Part shown: piece after piece, positions 19,701 through 27,947 of the stretch
Layout: each line of letters starts with the position of its first letter
Numbering within the stretch: the first letter of the stretch is position 1
Source of the DNA: an uncultured Chloroflexia bacterium
GTDB lineage: Bacteria; Chloroflexota; Limnocylindria; QHBO01
Direction: 5' to 3'
DNA length: 64,000 bases
NCBI GenBank assembly: GCA_963810925.1
Contig: CAWEPF010000002.1
Location: forward strand, 28,233 to 92,232
Notes under the pieces: generated by a model
What the model saw: only the letters and a program-made list of their open reading frames with translations
Databases searched by the model: none
Told to the model about the DNA's origin: nothing
Made by a program: the position numbers and the translations under genes

Positions 19701-19933
19701 GCCGTCATGGTACCCGGGGTCCTCAGGCCAGCGAGATCGCGACCTCATCCAGCAGGTCGTATACGTCCTGCATCCCGTCCTCCATGCCGGTCGCGAGGAT
19801 CATGTCCCGGACCTCAGGGCTGTACGCTTCGGCCAGTGGCGTCATGAGAGTCCGACGTCCTGCTTGGCGAACGTCTGCTGGCACCCTTCCGGGAAGATCG
19901 ATACGCCGAGCCGCTTCCGCGCATCTTTACAGT

Positions 19934-19965
19934 GAGCGGGCCTGCCTGAGAGGGCCGCAGCGAGG
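19934..19965 (+). promoter_or_regulatory. conserved leader box, copy 1 (upstream of sigma-1)
   Basis: GAGCGGGCCTGCCTGAGAGGGCCGCAGCGAGG ends 8 nt before the GTG start. Near-identical copies occur at 22144 and 24147. It contains an imperfect inverted repeat GCGGNCC/GGGCCGC and ends in an SD-like GAGG. Confidence 0.5.
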
Positions 19966-19973
19966 CGAAGCGC

Positions 19974-20521
19974 GTGGAGCGTGACCTGGTGATCCGAGCG
20001 CAGCACGGCGACGAGGACGCCTTTTCATCGCTGGCGGCGGCCCTGGGCGATCGATGGCTGAACGTCGCGCAGCGAATCGTCCGCGACGTCGCCATGGCTG
20101 AGGACGCGACCCAGGCGGCGATCGTCGCCATCTGGCGGCAGCTCCCCCGCCTCCGCGATCCGGACCACTTCGAGGGCTGGGCCTACCGCATCCTCGTCAA
20201 CGAGTGCCGGTTGGAACTGCGCCGCGAGAAGCGGGCGATTCCGACCATGAGCCTCACGCCGGACGACGGATCGGTCCACGACGGCGGTACCGCTCTGGCC
20301 GTTCGCGACCAGCTCGAACAGGCATTCCTCCGGCTGCCGGTCGAGCATCGGGCCATCCTCGTCCTCCAGCATTACCTCGGCCTCACGCTGGATCAATGTG
20401 CCGAGCGGCTTGCTATTCCCGTGGGGACCGCCCGTTCCGGAGCCACTCCGCGAAAGGCCAGCTGCGAGCCGCCTTGGAAGCCGATGAACGGGCAATCGCG
20501 CGCGAGGTGCAGTCGGCATGA
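19974..20521 (+). CDS. ECF (sigma-70 family, group IV) RNA polymerase sigma factor, cassette 1; one frame interruption
   Basis: Region 2 (DATQAAIVAIWRQLPRLRDPDHFEGWAYRILVNEC) and region 4 (HRAILVLQHYLGLTLDQCAERLAIPVGT). The C-terminus ...RSHSAKGQLRAALEADE... continues in ORF 20204..20521 after a shift near ~20439. Confidence 0.85.
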
Positions 20522-21957
20522 GCGGCAGGACGAACCGCCCGCTTGACGTCGACACAGCTCTCACGGACTGGCTGCGCGGGAGTCCACGCCTCTCGGCCGA
20601 CCACGTGGTCGCCTCGGCGTTGACCGAAGTCGCGAAGACCCGTCAGCCGCGGAGCCTGTTCTTCGTCGACGCGACGGTCTTCCGTGTCGGGCTCATCGCG
20701 GCGGCCGTGGCTGCCTTGGCGATTGGACTGGGACTCGGTCTCGGCCCGCACCTGATTGGGACCGATGCATCACCCACGCCGTCGATCGGCCCCGCCCCGA
20801 GCGACGAGAACCCACCGTTGGTCTCGTACACGAACCCTGTGCTCGGCTATGAACTCCTCCTCCCACCCGCGTGGGTGGCAAGTGCGGAGCCGATGTCGGA
20901 CAACCGGGAGGGGGTACCGCCGGGGACCGCGGTGCCAGGCGTCGTTCGCTTCGGCAACTCGGAGGTCAGCCTCCAGCCGGCGCTGATGATCAGCGTCGGG
21001 ACCGCGGATGGCGAGGTATTCATCTGCGAGACGGGCATATGCGCGCCGCAGACCGTCGCAGACCTCGACGAGCTTGATGCCGCGGTGGCGAGCGTCCCCG
21101 CTTCTGCCCTCGGTGTGCCTCTCCTCTCAACAACCGAGGTCCTCGTGGACGGAGAAGTGGGTCGCATCGAGTCCCCGCGTTCCGTCACCTGTGACGATGG
21201 CTGTTGGTTCAGCATGCGATCCGGGATGACGTGGTTGCCAGGTAGGCCACAAGTGCATCGCACGGTGACCTTCCTGCACGATGGTCGCCCTGTCGTGCTC
21301 GCCTTCGACTACTTCTCGGCGAGCCTCGAAGAGGTTCGCGCCATCGTCGAGAGCTTCCGTTTCCTCGACTCGGACGCCACCACTCCGACCCCGAGCGACA
21401 TCGAGGCTGGGTTCGCCCACTACACGGCGGAGGCGGGCACGTACGAAGTCAGCGTGCCCTCCGCCTGGGGCCTTCGGACCGACCTCTTTGGCGACGGAGC
21501 GTTCTATGGGATCGGCGATCCGTCCCTGCCGGTCACTGGCTGGGGCGAGGGCTACGAACGGCCGTACACAGCTCTGGTGACGATCTCAGTGGGTGATTCC
21601 CAGGGCCGGATCCGTCTGTGCCAGGCCAGCGGATGTTTCAGAACCTACGAGGTGGGTAACACCATCGAGGAAATGGACGCTGCCATCGCCTCCCTGACGC
21701 AGCCGGAAGGGGGGTTTCCCAGCATGACCGAGTACCGCTGGGAGGTGAGGCTGGACAGTGAACCTGCGCTCTTTGTGGGCATCACCTCGCCGCACGGCTG
21801 GACAGCGACCCCCCAGTTCCGACACGTATTTGCCGTGCACGAGGGGCGCCCGCTGGTCATCGCTTTCGAGCATTGGGCCCTGATGAATGCGACTGGTGAT
21901 GAGCGTCAATCGTGGCGGCGGCTGATCGATACCTTCCGCTTCCTGGATGGATGGTGA
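20518..21957 (+). CDS. anti-sigma-like single-pass membrane protein with two extracytoplasmic 'HDGRP/FRFLD' domains (cassette 1, intact)
   Basis: 479 aa. The ATG overlaps the sigma stop (GCATGA). The ~55 aa N-terminal segment has LTDWL...ADHVVASAL...RQPRS, followed by the TM VGLIAAAVAALAIGLGLGLG and a Pro/Ser/Thr linker. Two repeats each start GYE/TYE-x3-P-x2-W, contain a Cys pair, and end HDGRPVVLAF...SFRFLD or HEGRPLVIAF...TFRFLD. Confidence 0.8.
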   Translation: MSGRTNRPLDVDTALTDWLRGSPRLSADHVVASALTEVAKTRQPRSLFFVDATVFRVGLIAAAVAALAIGLGLGLGPHLIGTDASPTPSIGPAPSDENPPLVSYTNPVLGYELLLPPAWVASAEPMSDNREGVPPGTAVPGVVRFGNSEVSLQPALMISVGTADGEVFICETGICAPQTVADLDELDAAVASVPASALGVPLLSTTEVLVDGEVGRIESPRSVTCDDGCWFSMRSGMTWLPGRPQVHRTVTFLHDGRPVVLAFDYFSASLEEVRAIVESFRFLDSDATTPTPSDIEAGFAHYTAEAGTYEVSVPSAWGLRTDLFGDGAFYGIGDPSLPVTGWGEGYERPYTALVTISVGDSQGRIRLCQASGCFRTYEVGNTIEEMDAAIASLTQPEGGFPSMTEYRWEVRLDSEPALFVGITSPHGWTATPQFRHVFAVHEGRPLVIAFEHWALMNATGDERQSWRRLIDTFRFLDGW

Positions 21958-22102
21958 AAGGAACGCTCGACCATCGCCTCATGTTCCTGGCGGGCGTGGT
22001 GGCCTTCGGGGCGGGACAGCGGCTCCGCAGTTCATCACGTTGTCATCGACGCTTCGGGTTCACCGATTGAGGGCCGCCTGCCTTCATCCGTGACACCGGC
22101 TC

Positions 22103-22175
22103 GATAATCGAACCGCGGCCACCTCTCCCCCACTCCTCCCATTGAGCGGACCTGCCCAAGAGGGCCGCATCGAGG
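22103..22175 (+). promoter_or_regulatory. conserved upstream module, copy 2 (GATAATCGAACC + 29 nt + leader box)
   Basis: GATAATCGAACC at 22103..22114 and box GAGCGGACCTGCCCAAGAGGGCCGCATCGAGG at 22144..22175. Same elements and same 29-nt spacing as copy 3. The box ends 7 nt before the GTG start. Confidence 0.5.
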
Positions 22176-22182
22176 TCAGCGA

Positions 22183-22726
22183 GTGGACCCACGGATCGTG
22201 GAACAGGCGCAGCGGGGCGACCAGCAGGCGTTCGCCGAAATGGCCCACGCCCTGGGGTCACGCCTCTACGCGATCGCCTACCGCATCCTCCGCGACCATG
22301 ACCGGGCCGATGACGCGGCCCAGCACGCGATCGTCACCATCTGGCGCGACCTTCCCAGCCTTCGTGACCCGTCGCGCTTCGAAGCCTGGGCGTATCGGAT
22401 CCTTGTGCACGCCTGCTACGCGGAGGCGCGGCAGGGTCGGCGCGACGACCATCCGTCCGACGGGGTCCCGGATGGGGTAACGCCCGATGACGCGCTGTCC
22501 GTCGCAGACCGCGACGAGCTTGACCGGGCCTTCCGGCGCGTGCCGGCCGACCAACGGGCGATCCTGGTCCTCCAGCACTACCTGGACATGGGCCTGCCCC
22601 GAGATCGCCGAGCTGCTGCATGTCCCGCTCGGCACCGTCAAGTCGCGGAGCCACGCCGGACGCCGGGCGCTCCGCGCCGCCCTGGAAGCCGACGCGCGCC
22701 CAGCCGCAGGAGCGCAACCAGCATGA
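22183..22726 (+). CDS. ECF sigma factor, cassette 2; one frame interruption
   Basis: DAAQHAIVTIWRDLPSLRDPSRFEAWAYRILVHAC and QRAILVLQHYLDMGLP. The remainder (EIAELLHVPLGTVKSRSHAGRRALRAALEADA) is in ORF 22487..22726. Extra C in a CCCC run near ~22598. Confidence 0.85.
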
Positions 22727-24080
22727 GCACCTTCGGACGCCCGCTGACCGACGACGGACTGATCCGCGCGCTCGACCACTGGCTCGACGACGGGCCGGTC
22801 GTGGCACGCCGACCTCATGGTCGAGTCCGCGCTGCGGACGGCCGCCGGATGCCGCAGCGCCGCTGGCGAGGTCGCGTGCTTCGCTTTACTGGCGGATCAC
22901 CGCTTGTTCCTGTTGGCCTGACGCTGGCTGCCGTGGCGCGGTCGTGGCCCTCGGCGTCGGCCTCGGACAGGTGCTGCCGCTCCCTGGCACCCAGGCAACG
23001 CCGACGCCTGAGCTCACCGACAATCCGACCCCGGACGCCTCCAGCGCGCCGTCGGGTTTGGTCATCTTCACGAACCCTCGGGACGGCTACGAGCTGACGC
23101 GTGCCGGCCAGTTGGACGCCGGGCGAGTTCCTCTCCAATCCGCCGGGAACGATGCGGTTTGGCGCTGCACACAGCGACAACGGTCCAAGTTCCTTCGGCG
23201 CCTTGACGGTGAGCATCGGCAGCACCGACGGGATCGTGCGCGACTGCGCTCCTGGCCCTTGCCGTCCGATCGTCGCGACCACGATCGATGCACTGGACGC
23301 CGCCATCGCGAACGGCAGCACGCGGAAGAGGCGTTTGGATCACGACCACCGATGTCGATGTGACATTGGACGGCGAGCCGGCCCGCTGGAGTACGTGACC
23401 TTCGGCGGCGGACTGATCGAGGCCGGTCCGCAGTTCCACCACCTCTTCGCGATCCATGACGGACGCCCCATCGTCCTGTCGTTCGACAAGTACGCCCAGG
23501 GCTTGGGGGTCATTCGGACGACATCGGGTGGGTCGAGTCGCTCATCCGGGGTTTCCGGTTCCTCGAAGTCGCGCCGGATTCGCCTACGACCGGTACGTTC
23601 TCATTCCCCGAGTTCGGGTATGAGCTCTCCTTGCCGGAGGGTTGGACCCAGACGGGGACGCTCGATCCATCGGCGTTCGCCTTGCAGAGCGGCAACGGAA
23701 CGGCGACGGTGGTTGTCGGCGACGAGGCGGGTCGGATCTGGACGTGCACCGAACCGGCAGGACCCTGGGAGGTCTGTCAGCGGGTCACCGCGCCCGGGCT
23801 TGATGCCCTCACGGCAGCGGTCGAGCCCCGAAGTGCGGACGAGCACGGGATTCCTGTGCCGGGGACGATTACCCGGGACACCATGCTTCTCGACGGCGAG
23901 GACGCGAACCTGGTCGGCGTCGGGGCGTACGAGTACCCCGCCCGCGGCGGGGAACACGTCACGTACATCTTGGCTTTCCATGACGGACGCCCGTTCATCC
24001 TCCGCTTCCACACGACGTTGGAAGGGCCGCCGGACGGGTGGATCAGCGACTTCCTTTCGGGTTTCCGATTCCTCGATTGA
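22723..24080 (+). pseudogene. cassette 2 anti-sigma-like membrane protein with two HDGRP/FRFLD domains, multiply frameshifted
   Basis: The ATG overlaps the sigma-2 stop (GCATGA). Homologous segments are spread over three frames: MSTFGRPLTDDGLIRALDHWLDDGP...; TM AVVALGVGLGQVL; GYELT/VPASW...CAPGPC...HDGRPIVLSF; IRGFRFLE; GYELSLPEGW...HDGRPFILRF...SGFRFLD. ORF-breaking shifts near ~22935, 23100 and ~23500. Confidence 0.7.
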
Positions 24081-24105
24081 CGCCGGCCAGCGGCCGTGCG
24101 CCCCT

Positions 24106-24178
24106 GATAATCGAACCGATCCAGCCGAACCCGCATCGTACGAACCGAGCGGGCCTGCCCAAGAGGGCCGCACCGAGG
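24106..24178 (+). promoter_or_regulatory. conserved upstream module, copy 3 (GATAATCGAACC + 29 nt + leader box)
   Basis: GATAATCGAACC at 24106..24117 and box GAGCGGGCCTGCCCAAGAGGGCCGCACCGAGG at 24147..24178, 7 nt before the GTG start. Confidence 0.5.
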
Positions 24179-24185
24179 TACTGAC

Positions 24186-24732
24186 GTGGAGCGGAGGCTC
24201 GTGGAGCTGGCCCAGCGAGGAGACCAGAAGGCGTTCTCCGAGATCGCCTTCCTCGTCAGCCCACGCCTGTTCCCCGTCGCGCAGCGGATCCTCCGCGACT
24301 ACCACCGGCGCCGAGGACGCCACCCAGCAGACCCTGGTCCAGATCTGGCGCAAGCTGCCGAAGCTCTCGGACCCCGACAAGTTCGACGGGTGGGCGTATC
24401 GGATCCTGGTCAACACCTGCTACGCCGAGGCCCGGAAGAGCAAGCGCCATCCCGACGACCTCCGCCTCCTGGAGACCGATCGCGCCAGCGCCGACGAGTC
24501 GCTGAGCGTCGCCGACCGCGACATGCTGGAGCGGGCGTTCGACCGCCTGCCGGCTGAGCAACGCGCGGTGCTTGTCCTCCAGTACTACCTGGACCTGGGC
24601 CATCCGCAGATCGCCGAGATGCTCGGCGTCCCGCTGGGGACCGTGAAGTCCCGAGCGTCAAGTGGACGCCAGGCCCTGCGAGCGGCTCTGGAAGCCGATG
24701 CGCGGACGGGTGTTGGGCGGTGGACGGCATGA
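24186..24732 (+). CDS. ECF sigma factor, cassette 3; one frame interruption
   Basis: N-terminus MERRLVELAQRGDQKAF (ORF 24186..24557). After a shift near ~24308 the remainder is in ORF 23101..24732: EDATQQTLVQIWRKLPKLSDPDKFDGWAYRILVNTC...QRAVLVLQYYLDLGHPQIAEMLGVPLGTVKSR. Confidence 0.85.
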
Positions 24733-26144
24733 CCGAGCGCGAGGGCCCGATGACCGAGCTGCAGTTCGACGAGCTGTTGGGGACCTGGCTTGCCGATGGC
24801 GCCCATGCGACGGCGGACCGCATCGCCGAGAACGCGATGCTGGAGATCGCGACCGTTCCACAGGAGCGGAACTGGCTGGCTGCCATGCAGTCGTCGTTCG
24901 CGTCCGCGCCGGTGGCGTGGGCTGCCGCGATCCTGGCGTTGGCGGTCGGGATCGGACTCCTGGTGGGCACTCGGCTGGTGGGCAACCCCAATCCGAGTCC
25001 GACTCCGGACCCCAACGCGCTCGTCCTGCAAAGTTACGAGGACGCGGGCTACGAGCTGGAGATCCCCGCCTCGTGGTCGGAGGTCGATTCCGGATACGCA
25101 GATGCCAAGATGTGGTCTGGTCCTGGCGGCACGCTCATGATCAGCTATGGGACGACGATCTTCGACGGTGGCGCGGTGACGATCTGCGCGCCGCCGCTGC
25201 CGGATTACAACACCTGCATGGCGATCGAACACGGGTATTCGGTCCCGGTCGTTCCGAGCGATTACACGGGTCCGATCTCGCAGGAGGGCTGGCTCGACCG
25301 CTGCGACGGCGCCTGCCCGGTGGATTACACCGAAACCGTCCTAGACAAAGAGCCCGCGGGTCAGGACCGGGCAGTGATCACCGATTTTCAGCTCACTTAT
25401 GTGTCGACGTTCCACAATTACCGGCCGATCATCCTGTACTGGTCCGAGCCGCTGGCGACCGCCGACCTGACTCGGGTCGAGGCGATGCGGGACAGCTTCC
25501 GCTTCCTCGACCAATCCGCCGGAGGCAGCCCGCCACCATTCGTCGATCCGACCGAGCTGGTTCTGTACTCGAATCCGGATGACGGCTACGAGATGCTCGT
25601 GCCTCGCTTCTGGCAGGAGAGTGCGGCGGCCATCCTGGATCCGGACGGGGAACCCCTATCCACGCGTGCAGTCACTTCGGGACCGGACGGTGCCGAGGAA
25701 ACGGACTCCGGGTGTGATGATCAGCCTGGGTGAGCCCGATGGATCGGTCTACGCCGAATTGCCACGGACCGCTCCAGGAGGGACTGGGACATTGCCTCCC
25801 CCTGAATGCCGCCAATTTGCGGCCACGTCGCTCGACGAGTTGCAGGCGGAAGTAACCAGTGTCCCGACCTACTACGTGGAAGGGGTTGGCCGGCATTGGG
25901 AGCCGTGCCGACCGAGGAGAGCGGCGACCTCGTGCTCGGCGGTGAGCCGGGCCGATTCGAACGCCCCGTGTATCTGACCGACTCGCATGGGTGCCTCGGC
26001 TGCCCGTGGATGCTCTACAACGTGTTCGCAATCCACGACGGACGACCGGTGGTGCTCGCCTTCGACTGGTGGAACATCGACTTCGAGCAGATCAGCGCCG
26101 ACTACTTCGACCAGATGCTGACCAGCTTCCGCTTCCTGGACTGA
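24729..26144 (+). CDS. cassette 3 anti-sigma-like membrane protein with two HDGRP/FRFLD-type domains; two frame interruptions
   Basis: The ATG overlaps the sigma-3 stop (GCATGA). N-terminal module LGTWLADGAHATADRIAENAMLEIATVPQERNW, then TM AAAILALAVGIGLLVG. Domain 1 is GYELEIPASW...SFRFLD. Domain 2 (GYEMLVPRFW...HDGRPVVLAFDWW...TSFRFLD) is split over ORFs 24720..25733, 25579..25977 and 25806..26144, with shifts near ~25713 and ~25903. Confidence 0.75.
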
Positions 26145-26164
26145 TTCGGCCGCCGCACCCGTCG

Positions 26165-26203
26165 TTTTCGAACCGATCCGCTCCGAGTCGCATCGAACGG
26201 TGC
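26165..26203 (+). promoter_or_regulatory. partial copy of the upstream module directly before the orphan membrane protein
   Basis: TTTTCGAACCGATCCGCTCCGAGTCGCATCGAACGGTGC shares TCGAACCGATCC...GCATCG(T/A)ACG with 24111..24143. No leader box and no sigma gene follow; the ATG follows immediately. Confidence 0.35.
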
Positions 26204-27931
26204 ATGAACGGATCGCTGGATCGCCGAAACGGATTCCTCGTGGCGGTCGTGGGGGGCGGGGTGATCATGGCCACGCTCGCGCTGCTCCTCGTGGTCCCGC
26301 CAGGCGGTCCCGCTCAAGTGGCCCCTACGGGCAACGCACCGGGACCCTCGCCGTCGCCTCGAACCAACGAATACATGGTGCTGTTCCAAAATCATGCAGA
26401 CGGCTACGAGGTCACACTGCCGGCCGCCTGGAAGGTGCGAGAAAGCGCAGACACGATCGAGCCGCTGTTTTCCGGTGTGAGGCGATTCGATCTGGACGCG
26501 TCCGGCCGATTTGACGGGTTGACCGCGCTCACGATCATGGTCGGGGAACCGTCCGGCGAGTTCTACAACTGCTTCGGTGGCCCGTGTAACAAGGCAACGG
26601 CGAGCGGCCTGGATGAGCTCGCCGAGCTCATCCACATTCTTCCGAGCGACATCGAGGCCCAGTATCTGAGAGGGGGAGACGCGCGACTCGACGGCGAGCC
26701 GGCGCGATGGGAGTCGCTCAGGCCCAGCGGATTCGCCGGCGGTCCGCCCGCGTACTACACCGTGATGGCGATGCATGACTCCAGGCCCGTCATCCTCCAG
26801 TTTGACCACTGGGCGATCAAGTGGGGCTACTGGTCCCAGCGCACCGTTGACGAGATCGTTGCCAGCTTCCAGTTCATAGAGCCAGTAAGCGGCGGATATT
26901 TGCCTCCGCCCGCCAGCCCAATTCCTGCCCTCAGCTCGCGCTGGGAAGGCCAGCAGCTCGTGTTTGCCGAGGCGGGCTTTCAGGTTCGTATCCCTCGATT
27001 CTGGAATGTGGACGCACAGGGTTCGAACGTTGTGATGGGCGGTGAAGGCACGCATTTCTCGGTCCGGGTCGGCGATGCCCAGGGTCGGCTCCTGACCTGC
27101 GACCAGCCCGACCGGCCGTGGGAGCGCTGCAGGGACGTGGTCGTTACCACCCTCGACGAGTTCGCCGACGCGGTGAAGCAAGGCCCTGTCGTAGGCTGCG
27201 GCGATCTCTGCCCTCCCGCGGCGAGCGGCGGCTCTGCATCCCTGGCAGGCGAAGACGCCTGGCGCGTAACAATCTTCGGGTACGAATATCCGGCTCACGG
27301 CGGCGAGAACGCCCTCTACATCCTCGCGCTACACGAAGGCCGGCCGTACTTCCTCCGATTCCACACGTCTGCCGACCGCAAGCCGGGATCCCTGTGGGAC
27401 GAGATCGTTGCCTCCTTCGAATTCGTGGATTCGCCGACCGCCGGAGGGCAGACCTTCACGTCCACTGAGGCGGGCTTCGCGATCGACGTGCCCGCGAGCT
27501 GGGTCGAGGAGCCCGACGACGATCCCAACGCTGTATGGATCCATGGCTCCGAGGGCGGCCTCAAGATCCGAGTGGGCGATGGGTCGGGGAACATTCTCAA
27601 CTGCAACGTTCCGCCGAGTTCGCCGTGTGTCGAGGTCCTGGTCGGATCGGTTGAGGATCTGGTCGAGCTGCTCACACCCACGGGCCGGCGCTCCCCGCCG
27701 TTCGTGCCAGGTTCGGTATGGCTGAGCCGCAAGGCGTCCTCGTTGGGGAATATTTCGGCCGTGCAGATGACCGTTAGGGCGTGGGAAAGCGGCCCGTCGG
27801 CTCGGGCGTATACCCGCCACTACGTGGTGGCGATGGACCGCGGTCGCCCCGTCATCATCAAGTGGGAGCCCGGGACCTTCCACGGTCGCGAGTTCCAGCA
27901 GCTGTTGTCTTCGTTCCGCTTCCTGGACTGA
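26204..27931 (+). CDS. orphan membrane-anchored protein with three HDGRP/FRFLD-type domains (no partner sigma, intact)
   Basis: ATG at 26204 within ORF 25991..27931; 575 aa. Short N-terminus, TM FLVAVVGGGVIMATLALLLVV, then three repeats: GYEVTLPAAW...HDSRPVILQF...SFQFIE; GFQVRIPRFW...HEGRPYFLRF...SFEFVD; GFAIDVPASW...DRGRPVIIKW...SFRFLD. Confidence 0.8.
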   Translation: MNGSLDRRNGFLVAVVGGGVIMATLALLLVVPPGGPAQVAPTGNAPGPSPSPRTNEYMVLFQNHADGYEVTLPAAWKVRESADTIEPLFSGVRRFDLDASGRFDGLTALTIMVGEPSGEFYNCFGGPCNKATASGLDELAELIHILPSDIEAQYLRGGDARLDGEPARWESLRPSGFAGGPPAYYTVMAMHDSRPVILQFDHWAIKWGYWSQRTVDEIVASFQFIEPVSGGYLPPPASPIPALSSRWEGQQLVFAEAGFQVRIPRFWNVDAQGSNVVMGGEGTHFSVRVGDAQGRLLTCDQPDRPWERCRDVVVTTLDEFADAVKQGPVVGCGDLCPPAASGGSASLAGEDAWRVTIFGYEYPAHGGENALYILALHEGRPYFLRFHTSADRKPGSLWDEIVASFEFVDSPTAGGQTFTSTEAGFAIDVPASWVEEPDDDPNAVWIHGSEGGLKIRVGDGSGNILNCNVPPSSPCVEVLVGSVEDLVELLTPTGRRSPPFVPGSVWLSRKASSLGNISAVQMTVRAWESGPSARAYTRHYVVAMDRGRPVIIKWEPGTFHGREFQQLLSSFRFLD

Positions 27932-27947
27932 ACGAGCGCCGCCGGCG

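Noticed and set aside
21952-22071. A 39-codon ORF (MVKGTLDHRLMFLAGVVAFGAG...) overlapping the end of the cassette 1 membrane protein.
   Set aside because: It has no SD, no conservation with the equivalent spacers after cassettes 2 and 3, and a composition unlike neighbouring genes.
24111-24120. The TCGAACCGATCC elements upstream of the cassettes resemble the complement of a tRNA T-loop (GGTTCGA). This raised the idea of tRNA-derived att sites or a tRNA fragment.
   Set aside because: No acceptor, D or anticodon arms can be folded around any copy. The match is only ~8 nt, and there is no integrase nearby.
19934-24178. The leader box as a riboswitch or attenuator.
   Set aside because: The conserved element is only 32 nt, with a single short imperfect hairpin and no alternative pairing partner or leader peptide. 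That is too small for known riboswitch classes. It is reported only as a conserved regulatory or leader candidate.
19974-27931. The possibility that the sigma/membrane-protein array is a repeat-collapse or repeat-expansion artefact of assembly.
   Set aside because: The cassettes are clearly diverged at both protein and DNA level: different linker sequences, domain subtypes and intergenic lengths. They are not near-identical copies. Read-spanning evidence is still advisable.
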